Shown here piece by piece: positions 37,726-45,719 of a stretch of 64,000 bases of DNA (position 1 is its first letter; each line of letters opens with the position of its first letter). The notes beneath the pieces were generated by a model. That model had not been told where the DNA came from. It searched no databases and was given only the letters and a program-made list of their open reading frames with translations. Origin of the DNA: Bacteroidota bacterium (GTDB taxonomy: Bacteria > Bacteroidota > Bacteroidia > Chitinophagales > Chitinophagaceae); assembly GCA_031377245.1 (NCBI GenBank), contig JANMEU010000004.1, forward strand, positions 60,359 through 124,358. The letters are read 5' to 3'. The position numbers and the translations under genes are program-made.

Positions 37726-39519
37726 TTACCAACAATACTTCCCTTCTCCAATCATTTTATCTGCCACTCTTCTCCTTGCATCTTTTACATTAAATGGCTC
37801 TACTTTTGTAAAACGTTTTAAGCCTAAAAGCATCATACGTTGCTCATCGCCACTTGCAAAACTATTAATAGCATCTTTAGCAAATTTATTTACTCTATCC
37901 ATAGCATCGCATAAATAAACCCTCATCATATCTAACTCTTGTAAACAATTAGCTTCGCCAGTTTTATCTACCATTTTCATTACACGTAATAAAGTGCTCT
38001 CTACTTCAAAAGTTTCAATGGCCATATCGGCTATGTTCATTAATATTTCTTGCTCTTTATCCAACGTCATCATTAATTTTTGCACCGCTGCACCAGCAAC
38101 CATTAAAATACATTTTTTCATATTCACTACCCCTTTGCGTTCTTTAGCAAAAGGCGTTTCATCATCGCTACCAAATTCTGGTATGCTCATTAACTCTTTA
38201 CTAACTGCCATTGCTGGGCCCATTAAATCTAACTTGCCTTTCATAGCTCTTTTCAAAATCATATCTACAGTAAGTAAACGATTAATTTCGTTTGTTCCCT
38301 CGTAAATACGGTTTATACGGCTATCTCTATACGCTCTACTAATTTCGTACTCATCGCTAAAGCCATTGCCACCATGTACTTGTACGCCTTCGTCTACCAC
38401 ATAATCTAACACCTCACTACCATGTACTTTTAAAATAGCACATTCAACAGCATATTCTTCTGCTGCACCTAACAACGCTTCGTTAAAGGGTTTACCAGCA
38501 TTTTGTAATTCTATTTCTTTATCGTCAATCCATTTTGCAGTACGGTACAAGGCGCTTTCGCTTACAAAAATTCTTGTTGCCATTTCGGCCAACTTATACT
38601 TTATTGCACCAAAGTTGGCAATAGATGTTTTAAATTGCTCCCTTGCAATGGCATATTTTACTGATTCGTTCACTGCCATTTTTGCTCCACCTAATGCTGC
38701 AGCACATAATTTTAATCTGCCTATATTTAAAATATTGAATGCAATAATATGTCCTTTACCAACTTCGCCTAACAAGTTTTCGGCAGGTACTTTACAATCT
38801 TGAAAATACAATTGTACTGTACTACTTCCTTTAATACCCATTTTATGCTCCTCTGGCCCTTGTGTAAACCCTTCGGTACCTTTTTCAACTATAAAACAAC
38901 TGAATTTATCGCCATCTATTTTTGCAAATACAGTAAACACATCGGCAAATCCACCATTGGTAATCCAACATTTTTGGCCGTTTAAACTATAATACTTTCC
39001 ATCGTCACTAAGTTTTGCAGAAGTTTTTGCACCCAATGCATCACTACCACTATTCGGCTCCGTTAGTCCGTAAGCGCCTTTCCATTCTCCGCTTGCCAAT
39101 TTTGGAATATATTTTTCTTTTTGAGCATCTGTACCAAAATACAAAATTGGCAATGTACCAATACCTGTATGTGCTGCAATAGCCACACTAAACGAATAGC
39201 CTCCACCAAGGCCTTCATTTACTAGAGTTGAGGTTATAAAATCTTTTCCTAGGCCCCCTAAATTTTCTGGGATAGATGAACCCAATAAACCTTGCTCACC
39301 AGCTTTTACCATTAAACTAGGCATTAAGCCTTGTTCCATTTTATCTATTCTATCACTTACAGGCAAAACTTCGGAGGCTAAAAACTGTATACACATTTCT
39401 TTAACCATTAATTGCTCTTCATTAAAATCTTCTGGTGTAAAGGTTTCAAAAGCATTGCTTTCTTTAATTAACCATTCGCCTCCTTTAAGTGGCGTAATTG
39501 TTGATGTTGACGTGCTCAT
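37726..39519 (-). CDS. Long-chain acyl-CoA dehydrogenase (FadE-like)
   Basis: AYGLTEPNSGSDA, GQKCWITNGG, KMGIKGSST, REQF, GGNGFS.EY and RIYEGTNEINR motifs. Confidence 0.93.
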   Translation of the reverse strand: MSTSTSTITPLKGGEWLIKESNAFETFTPEDFNEEQLMVKEMCIQFLASEVLPVSDRIDKMEQGLMPSLMVKAGEQGLLGSSIPENLGGLGKDFITSTLVNEGLGGGYSFSVAIAAHTGIGTLPILYFGTDAQKEKYIPKLASGEWKGAYGLTEPNSGSDALGAKTSAKLSDDGKYYSLNGQKCWITNGGFADVFTVFAKIDGDKFSCFIVEKGTEGFTQGPEEHKMGIKGSSTVQLYFQDCKVPAENLLGEVGKGHIIAFNILNIGRLKLCAAALGGAKMAVNESVKYAIAREQFKTSIANFGAIKYKLAEMATRIFVSESALYRTAKWIDDKEIELQNAGKPFNEALLGAAEEYAVECAILKVHGSEVLDYVVDEGVQVHGGNGFSDEYEISRAYRDSRINRIYEGTNEINRLLTVDMILKRAMKGKLDLMGPAMAVSKELMSIPEFGSDDETPFAKERKGVVNMKKCILMVAGAAVQKLMMTLDKEQEILMNIADMAIETFEVESTLLRVMKMVDKTGEANCLQELDMMRVYLCDAMDRVNKFAKDAINSFASGDEQRMMLLGLKRFTKVEPFNVKDARRRVADKMIGEGKYCW

Positions 39520-39535
39520 ACTACTATTTATTTTA

Positions 39536-39976
39536 TTATTTTAAATTATCGTACACTACTTGTAAAACTTCCTTTGCTATTTCTATTTGCCCATTTGTTA
39601 CCCCTACCAATGCTTCGTTTAATGTTTGATTAGCTAAATCCATTGTTTGCTCCTGTAAAGACTGAGCACCTGGCGCTAAGTAAATCATATTTATTCTTCT
39701 ATCGTTTTTACTAGCCACTCGTTTTACCAATTTTAACTTTTCTAAATTATCTACTAGTCTTGTTATACTTGGTTTATCTCTAAAGGTGGCATCGCAAAGT
39801 TGTTGTTGGCTAAGCCCATCTTGCTTCCATAAATGATACAAAACACTCCATTGTTCAATTGTAATATCTACTCCATTTTGCTTAAAGTTTTTTTGAAGCC
39901 GCCTAGCTATAGCCGTACTAGCCTTACCTGTAATAAAGCTGTATAATTCCCCTCGTTTAAATTGGTTGTTTGGCAT
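39536..39976 (-). CDS. MarR family regulator
   Basis: ITIEQW.VL..LW..DGLSQQQL...KPSITRLVDNLEK...VKR....DRR winged-HTH pattern. Confidence 0.93.
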   Translation of the reverse strand: MPNNQFKRGELYSFITGKASTAIARRLQKNFKQNGVDITIEQWSVLYHLWKQDGLSQQQLCDATFRDKPSITRLVDNLEKLKLVKRVASKNDRRINMIYLAPGAQSLQEQTMDLANQTLNEALVGVTNGQIEIAKEVLQVVYDNLK

Positions 39977-39977
39977 A

Positions 39978-39995
39978 TAGTTGTTTATGCAACTA
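39978..39995. promoter_or_regulatory. Candidate MarR operator TAGTTG-N6-CAACTA
   Basis: Inverted repeat lying between the -7 element (39999-40006) and the marR start codon. Confidence 0.6.
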
Positions 39996-39998
39996 CCT

Positions 39999-40006
39999 CA
40001 AAGATA
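39999..40006 (-). promoter_or_regulatory. -7 element TATCTTTG (marR-fadE)
   Basis: Plus-strand CAAAGATA, 22 nt upstream of the marR ATG. Confidence 0.65.
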
Positions 40007-40072
40007 ATAATTTTTTTGATTTGTAAAATTTTATTTTTGTGTTACCGGCAGTAGTGCAAAAATGCAACATTC

Positions 40073-41302
40073 TTGCGTCGCACTCTTTTACGGCATACCA
40101 AAATGCAGCAGGCTTTACTCATCCTTTGTTTATTACTAATTATCAGTTATACTGCTATAATCATTTATTATGCAAGTAGTTGGAGGAGAATAAGCAATTG
40201 GCAATTGGCAATTGGCAATAACTTACCACTCACCGCTCACCTATCCATAATAATCCCTGCCCGTAATGAGGAAGAAAACATTGCTACTTGCATTCAATCT
40301 ATATTAAATCAATCTTACCCAAAAAATTTGTACGAAATAATTGTAGTGAATGATCATTCAACAGATGCAACAGCAAGTATTGTAAAAGCGTTTAATGAAC
40401 CCAATATAAAATGTATTGATTTAATAAATTTCATTGGCAACGAAACCAATAGTTACAAAAAAAAGGGAATTGAAGTTGGTATTGAACAAGCTGTGGGCGA
40501 ATTAATAATTACCACCGATGCCGATTGTATTGCACCTCCAAATTGGTTACAAACTATTGCCGTATTTTACGAAGAAAAAAAACCAGATTTAATAGTGATG
40601 CCAGTATCTATTCTCCCCTCTCCAATTGGAGAAGGGTTGGGGACGAGGTGGTTTATAGAAATTTTTCAAGCCCTAGACTTTATGACGCTACAAGGCATAA
40701 CTGGTGCTGCTGTACATAAAAAAGTTCACAGCATGTGTAATGGTGCAAATTTAGCGTATACAAAAAAAGCGTTTAATGCTGTAAATGGTTTTGCAGGTAT
40801 TAATAGTATTGCCAGTGGCGATGATATGTTGTTGATGCACAAAATTTACACTCAACATAAAAAGGGCATTGCCTATTTAAAAAATGCAGCAGTTATTGTA
40901 CAAACTAAACCAGTAAAAACTATCACCGAATTTATTAATCAACGTATACGATGGGCTAGTAAGGCAGATAAGTATGAAGATAAAAGAATGTTACCTGTAT
41001 TGATAGTGGTTTATTTTTTTAATGTGCTACTATTAGCCATGCCCATAATTGGTGTTATTACAAATTTCAAATTTTCAATTTTCAATTTTCAATTTTCAAT
41101 TTTTCAATTGTGGTTTTGGCTTTTACTTTTTAAAATGGTAATCGAAATTATATTTCTTATTCCTGTTGCAAAGTTTTTTAATAAACTACCCTTACTATTT
41201 TTATTTCCGTTTATGCAGCCTTTTCATATTATTTACACCATAATTGCTGGTTGGCTAGGTAAGTTTGGAAGGTATAGCTGGAAGGGGAGGCAAGTAAAAT
41301 AA
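40073..41302 (+). CDS. GT2 family glycosyltransferase (probable start ATG 40103)
   Basis: IIIPARNEE, VNDHSTD, TTDADC (DxD), NGANL, GDD and QRIRW motifs; C-terminal TM helices. Confidence 0.92.
   Translation: MRRTLLRHTKMQQALLILCLLLIISYTAIIIYYASSWRRISNWQLAIGNNLPLTAHLSIIIPARNEEENIATCIQSILNQSYPKNLYEIIVVNDHSTDATASIVKAFNEPNIKCIDLINFIGNETNSYKKKGIEVGIEQAVGELIITTDADCIAPPNWLQTIAVFYEEKKPDLIVMPVSILPSPIGEGLGTRWFIEIFQALDFMTLQGITGAAVHKKVHSMCNGANLAYTKKAFNAVNGFAGINSIASGDDMLLMHKIYTQHKKGIAYLKNAAVIVQTKPVKTITEFINQRIRWASKADKYEDKRMLPVLIVVYFFNVLLLAMPIIGVITNFKFSIFNFQFSIFQLWFWLLLFKMVIEIIFLIPVAKFFNKLPLLFLFPFMQPFHIIYTIIAGWLGKFGRYSWKGRQVK
40194..40242 (+). repeat. In-frame heptamer tracts in the GT2 gene
   Basis: (GCAATTG)x3 + GCAATA (40194-40220) followed by CTTACCA CTCACCG CTCACCT (40222-40242). 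Confidence 0.8.
40613..40648 (+). repeat. REP-like hairpin element inserted in frame in the GT2 gene
   Basis: CTCCCCTCTCC-AATT-GGAGAAGGGTTGGGGACGAGG; exactly 36 nt, 12 codons (LPSPIGEGLGTR); GC-rich against an AT-rich gene. Confidence 0.75.
41063..41110 (+). repeat. In-frame (AATTTTC)n heptamer tract in the GT2 gene
   Basis: Four perfect AATTTTC units at 41070-41097 with degenerate flanks; translates as FKFSIFNFQFSIFQL. Confidence 0.85.
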
Positions 41303-41322
41303 AACATTTGTACATTTAGGTA

Positions 41323-42426
41323 ATGCAACAATCTTTTTCATTTAAACAACAAACCTATAAACGCCTTAAAAAAAAGAAAGGCGCTATGTTTGGTTTATGT
41401 GTCATATTTATAGCGTTATTTGTTAGCTTATTTGGATATATTATTGCACCAGATAATAGCCCTAATGCCGATTTGCAAACAGTGGAAATACAAGCAAAAA
41501 AATTAGGCTATACCCAACAATTTTTAAAAATTTACGATGATGTAAGTCTGCCAGAAACAAGCTGGTTTACAAAAATAAGTAGTGGCAAAAAAAATAATTA
41601 TCGTTTAATTCCAATTAGCAACTACACCATAAAAAACGATAGTTTATTAATTAATAAATTCATTGATGATGATACATCGGTTGTACAATATTATTCCATT
41701 AATCAATTAACAAAAAATCAACCTACTCATCTTACTAAAAAAAATATTATTGTAAAAAAATATTGGCTAGGCACCGATAAATTTGGAAGAGATATTTTAA
41801 GCCGTTTAATTATTGGCACAAGGGTAAGCTTAGCCGTAGGCCTAATTGCTGTAGTTATTGCATTAAGCATTGGTATTATTTTAGGCGCTTTAGCTGGTTA
41901 CTATAAAGGCAAAACAGATGCGGTTATTATGTGGATAGTAAATGTTACTTGGAGTATACCTACCTTACTTTTAGTGTTTGCTATTACTATGGCTTTGGGT
42001 AAAGGTTTTTGGCAAATTTTTATAGCTGTTGGTTTAACTATGTGGGTACCTGTAGCTAGACTAGTACGGGGGCAAGTATTAGCCGTAAAAGAATTAGAAT
42101 ATGTTACTGCAGCCAAGGCATTAGGGTTTACTAATTTTAGAATAATTATACGGCATATTTTACCCAATATTTTAGGGCCAATTTTAGTATTAGCTGCTAG
42201 CACTTTTGCAACAGCAATAATTGTAGAAGCTGGCTTAAGCTTTTTAGGTATTGGTGTACAACCCCCACAGCCAAGTTGGGGCTTAATGATAAAAGAAAAT
42301 TATAATTTTTTAATAACCAACAATCCATTGTTAGCCTTAATACCGGGCTTTGCCATTATGCTTTTGGTATTAGCTTTTAATTTATTAGGCAATGGATTAA
42401 GAGATGCAGTGGATGTAAAAAATTAA
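41323..42426 (+). CDS. Peptide ABC transporter permease (DppC/OppC-like)
   Basis: LGTDKFGRDILSRL, EAA-like EYVTAAKALG...II.RHILPN and EAGLSFLGIGVQPP.PSWG motifs. Confidence 0.93.
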   Translation: MQQSFSFKQQTYKRLKKKKGAMFGLCVIFIALFVSLFGYIIAPDNSPNADLQTVEIQAKKLGYTQQFLKIYDDVSLPETSWFTKISSGKKNNYRLIPISNYTIKNDSLLINKFIDDDTSVVQYYSINQLTKNQPTHLTKKNIIVKKYWLGTDKFGRDILSRLIIGTRVSLAVGLIAVVIALSIGIILGALAGYYKGKTDAVIMWIVNVTWSIPTLLLVFAITMALGKGFWQIFIAVGLTMWVPVARLVRGQVLAVKELEYVTAAKALGFTNFRIIIRHILPNILGPILVLAASTFATAIIVEAGLSFLGIGVQPPQPSWGLMIKENYNFLITNNPLLALIPGFAIMLLVLAFNLLGNGLRDAVDVKN

Positions 42427-42436
42427 ATACTTTATT

Positions 42437-42655
42437 ATGAAACTTATCATTAATATTTTAATAATTTCAGCATGTGCTTATGCTATTCTTATCCATATTT
42501 TTAGAATATTATGGCTTTATAAAAAAGAGATTAATATCCCTTTTTTTAATAAAAGAAAAAGAGTTGAAAAGTACGAGATGTTTCTTTATTACCTACTTAC
42601 TATTTTAGCACTAGCGTATACAATATTTAATAAATGGGAAACTATTAATTTTTAA
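42437..42655 (+). CDS. Small membrane protein
   Basis: 72 aa, two hydrophobic segments, fills the gap between permease and asnC. Confidence 0.5.
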   Translation: MKLIINILIISACAYAILIHIFRILWLYKKEINIPFFNKRKRVEKYEMFLYYLLTILALAYTIFNKWETINF

Positions 42656-42697
42656 CAAATCACTTTAAGCAAGCTGAATAAAATCATCAGCCTGCTT

Positions 42698-43171
42698 TTA
42701 TATGCCTCTAGCTACTTGTACATTTCTATTAAACCCTTCCTCTAACGAAATAAACGTTTCGGTACGTTCAATCCCTTTAATTTTTTGTAACTCATCATGT
42801 AATACAAAACGTAGTTGATTAATATCTTTACAAACAATTTCTATAAACATACTATAGTTGCCTGTTATATAATTTAACCGAATTATTTCGGGTATTTTCA
42901 TAAGGTCTTTTGCTACACTATCGTACAAATCGCTTTTTTCTAAATAAATGCCTACAAAGGCGGTAATATCGTAGCCTAATTGTTTAACATCCACATTAAG
43001 TTTTGTACCTTTAACAATACCAAATTCTTGTAATTTTTTTATACGTACATGAATGGTACCGCCGCTTACAAATAGTTTTTTTCCTAAATCGGCATAACTA
43101 ACTTCGGCTGTTTCCATCATTTCATGAATAATCTGAAGATCGAGTTTGTCAAGATTTAATTTTGCTGCCAT
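42698..43171 (-). CDS. asnC: Lrp/AsnC family regulator (AsnC-like)
   Basis: LD.LD..I......SYADLGKKL.VS.GT.HVR.KKL HTH; ITGNYSMF and I.GI.RTET.ISL. Confidence 0.88.
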   Translation of the reverse strand: MAAKLNLDKLDLQIIHEMMETAEVSYADLGKKLFVSGGTIHVRIKKLQEFGIVKGTKLNVDVKQLGYDITAFVGIYLEKSDLYDSVAKDLMKIPEIIRLNYITGNYSMFIEIVCKDINQLRFVLHDELQKIKGIERTETFISLEEGFNRNVQVARGI

Positions 43172-43279
43172 AACTATATTTCAATTTAGTAATTATCAAA
43201 TAATAATTGCAAATATTTAAATAATTTCTATATTTTCCAAATTTATTATAAAAAATATTTAACGTATTGCTATTTTCTA

Positions 43280-43287
43280 TAGATTTG
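43280..43287 (+). promoter_or_regulatory. -7 element TAGATTTG driving the tRNA-like RNA
   Basis: Consensus TAnnTTTG, 21 nt upstream of the predicted mature 5' end at 43309. Confidence 0.7.
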
Positions 43288-43308
43288 CATTATAATAGTT
43301 CTTAACAA

Positions 43309-43482
43309 TGTGGGGTGATGAAATTTTTGGCAGACATACCCTCTTGTCTCGAGGGTGGGGATAACAGGACAAACGAAACATAGAGCCGTTATTGTAGCAA
43401 TACAGTATCGACCGGGGTCGACCACCGAACTTTGTGTTTTAGCTAACTGCCTCGTGGAGGTTCGATCCCTCCCCCTACAGCA
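43309..43482 (+). ncRNA. tRNA-like RNA (GUC/Asp anticodon) with a 100-nt structured insertion in the variable arm
   Basis: Acceptor TGTGGGG/CCCTACA + G73; D-stem ATG/CAT with GG in the loop; anticodon stem CCCTC/GAGGG with loop TTGTCTC; T-arm GGAGG-TTCGATC-CCTCC; insert 43356-43455. Confidence 0.85.
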
Positions 43483-43492
43483 TTTTATTTTG

Positions 43493-43525
43493 GCCTTTCG
43501 ATAGAGTTATCGAAAGGCTTTTTTG
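43493..43525 (+). terminator. Intrinsic terminator of the tRNA-like RNA
   Basis: GCCTTTCGATA-GAGT-TATCGAAAGGC followed by TTTTTT. Confidence 0.9.
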
Positions 43526-43555
43526 TGCTCCACATTTTATTACCTTTGCCGCCCA

Positions 43556-44263
43556 ATGGCACAAAAAAAATTACAGCGCTTTGCCGATATTAAAACATTT
43601 AAAAACGTTTTAGAATACCCTGAAAATATGCAGGGTAAATGGAGCAGTTTTTTTGAAAACGAAAACCCAATTGTATTGGAGTTAGCTTGTGGCCGTGGAG
43701 AATATACGGTGGGTTTGTCTACCCTTTATCCAAACAAAAATATAATTGGGGTTGATGTTAAAGGCAACAGAATGTACATTGGTGCAAAAAAATGCTTAGA
43801 AAATAAGTTAAGCAATGCTGCATTTTTACGTACACAAATTGAACTTATTGCTAACTATTTTGCAGCTGGCGAGGTAGACGAAATTTGGATAACTTTCCCC
43901 GACCCTCAGCTACGAACATCTAAAGCAAAAAAGCGGTTAACGCATCCTCGATTTTTAAGGCTGTACGCTCAACTATTAAAACAAGGGGGTTGTGTTCATT
44001 TAAAAACAGATTCGCCTAAATTATTTTTGTTTACAAAAAGAGTAATTGAACTTTTTGACCTTTTTGTTGTTGAACAGAACGATAGTATATATGCAAATAA
44101 AGAAGTTAACCCAGCATTAACCATTAAAACCCACTACGAAAGTTTAGATATTGCACAAAGTAAAAGAATACATTATCTTCAATTTAAACTTACAACTCCC
44201 CTTACAAACTTAAACGATAACCAACTGCAAGAAATTTTAAAGGATGAAGAAAAAGCTGATTGA
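43556..44263 (+). CDS. trmB: tRNA (guanine-N7)-methyltransferase (ORF track extends the start to 43523)
   Basis: LELACGRGEY, GVDVKG.R, WITFPDP..R..KAKKRLT and LKTD motifs; -7 element TACCTTTG at 43541-48 favours ATG 43556. Confidence 0.95.
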   Translation: MAQKKLQRFADIKTFKNVLEYPENMQGKWSSFFENENPIVLELACGRGEYTVGLSTLYPNKNIIGVDVKGNRMYIGAKKCLENKLSNAAFLRTQIELIANYFAAGEVDEIWITFPDPQLRTSKAKKRLTHPRFLRLYAQLLKQGGCVHLKTDSPKLFLFTKRVIELFDLFVVEQNDSIYANKEVNPALTIKTHYESLDIAQSKRIHYLQFKLTTPLTNLNDNQLQEILKDEEKAD

Positions 44264-44432
44264 GGGCGAAGATTTTTATTACAATGCACATGGCTATATG
44301 GTGCTAACGGCAAAGTTTCATTTAGAAAAAGGAAACTGCTGTGGTAACGGCTGTTTAAATTGCCCGTTTGATTATAAAAATGTTGCAGAGCCAAAACGAA
44401 GTGAATTAAGAGCGGCTGAAAAATCTTCTTAA
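44244..44432 (+). CDS. DUF5522-like small Cys-rich protein
   Basis: EGEDFYY...G..V.T..FHL.KG.CCGNGCLNCP; overlaps the trmB 3' end by 20 nt. Confidence 0.75.
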   Translation: MKKKLIEGEDFYYNAHGYMVLTAKFHLEKGNCCGNGCLNCPFDYKNVAEPKRSELRAAEKSS

Positions 44433-44475
44433 TTTGTACCATCCCATATTCAATATTTTTTGTACCTTTTCGTAA

Positions 44476-44853
44476 ATGATCAACAAAATTTCTTCTCCCA
44501 AAGAAAAAATAAAAACTCCTAAAGAATATAGTTTTTTTACGGATGTTTATGAGGTGGTAAGGCAAATACCAAAAGGCAAAGTAACAAGCTATGGTGCTAT
44601 TGCAAATTACTTAGGCACAAAACTTAGTGCCAGAATGGTTGGTTGGGCAATGAATGCGGCACATAGTGCAAAACCAAAAGTACCTGCACAACGAGTGGTA
44701 AATAGAAATGGAATGCTTACAGGGAAATTTCATTTTGAAACACCAACAAAAATGGAAGAGTTATTAAAAAAAGATGGAGTAACGGTAAAAAAAGATACTG
44801 TTATTGATTTTAAAACCCGATTTTGGGACCCTGCAACTGAATTAAGTTTATAG
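44476..44853 (+). CDS. Alkyltransferase-like protein (ATL/YbaZ, MGMT family lacking the active Cys)
   Basis: VYEVVRQIPKGKVTSYG.IA, AR.VGWAM; PAQRVVN in place of PCHRV. Confidence 0.88.
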   Translation: MINKISSPKEKIKTPKEYSFFTDVYEVVRQIPKGKVTSYGAIANYLGTKLSARMVGWAMNAAHSAKPKVPAQRVVNRNGMLTGKFHFETPTKMEELLKKDGVTVKKDTVIDFKTRFWDPATELSL

Positions 44854-44860
44854 AAATTTC

Positions 44861-44885
44861 CCACAAAGGCACAAAGAACACAAAG
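44861..44885 (+). repeat. 8-9-mer CACAAAG triplet half-element
   Basis: CACAAAG at 44862, 44870 and 44879, 7 nt after the ATL stop. Confidence 0.65.
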
Positions 44886-44926
44886 TGAAAATGAAAACCA
44901 GATTAAAATTTGTTTTAAAAAATTAA

Positions 44927-45643
44927 GTGATGAGTAATAGTATTATTTTAGGAAAAGTATCGTTTGTTAATCATGAAAAAAATTATGTATTAATTGAGTA
45001 TGATGTTAATGGAAAAAAGAAAGCCATTAACGGAAAAATTGATGATGCTACCCAACAAGAACTTATTGATAAAAAAATTATTAAAAAGAAACATCATTAT
45101 CATATTGGTGATATAGTAAATTTTGTTGCCAAGCTTAGCGATAGGGGAGATAAAATGGTTGCTTTAAACATTCAATACAAATACAACGAAGCGTTAGATA
45201 TTTTAATTAACAAAGCAAAAACAAACAACTTATTTATTGGTTATTTAAAAGAAGTAGAGGGTAAGTATTTTGTAAAAGAAATTGATAGTTATCTTTTTTT
45301 ACCTACCACTATATCGCCATGGCAAATAAAACCGACAGAGCATGAGCTTAACGAACAAGTAGATTTTACCTTAGAAAATACGGACAATAAAGAAAAAGTA
45401 TTTGCACAACTAACACAAGTAAAATACATAGACGAATATTATGTTGCTGAAAAAGCTTTTAAACAAAAAATTACAATTGATACAAAGGTATACGGCATAA
45501 AACCCCACGGCATTTATGTAAACGTAGTAAATGATAAAATTCAGGCTAAGCTTCCTTTTAAAGAAGGTGTAAAAATTGACGATGTAATTGCAGTAAAAAT
45601 AAGTTATTTATCGCCATTAAAAATTGTGGTGGAGGATGTGTAA
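44927..45643 (+). CDS. Hypothetical protein with tandem OB/S1-like folds
   Basis: GKVSFVN..KNYV.I...HIGDIVNF and C-terminal VY.IKP.GIYV...I.AKL.....V..DDVI.VKI S1-like patterns. Confidence 0.55.
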   Translation: MMSNSIILGKVSFVNHEKNYVLIEYDVNGKKKAINGKIDDATQQELIDKKIIKKKHHYHIGDIVNFVAKLSDRGDKMVALNIQYKYNEALDILINKAKTNNLFIGYLKEVEGKYFVKEIDSYLFLPTTISPWQIKPTEHELNEQVDFTLENTDNKEKVFAQLTQVKYIDEYYVAEKAFKQKITIDTKVYGIKPHGIYVNVVNDKIQAKLPFKEGVKIDDVIAVKISYLSPLKIVVEDV

Positions 45644-45647
45644 TTAA

Positions 45648-45673
45648 AACCGCAGAGACGCAAAGACGCAGAG
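45648..45673 (+). repeat. 8-mer CGCA(G/A)AG triplet half-element
   Basis: CGCAGAG/CGCAAAG/CGCAGAG at 45651, 45659 and 45667, 7 nt after the stop codon. Confidence 0.65.
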
Positions 45674-45719
45674 AAAATACCAGAAAAGGATTTTACTTAA
45701 GACGAGCTAGAAATGATAA

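Noticed and set aside
43309-43525. tRNA-like gene as tmRNA, group I intron-containing tRNA, or prophage/island attachment site
   Set aside because: No Ala acceptor (G3.U70) or tag ORF; the insert is in the variable arm rather than the anticodon loop and is too short for a group I core; no integrase or duplicated 3' end seen in the window
44179-44565. 128-aa minus-strand ORF across trmB/DUF5522/ATL
   Set aside because: Antisense to three supported genes; no recognisable features
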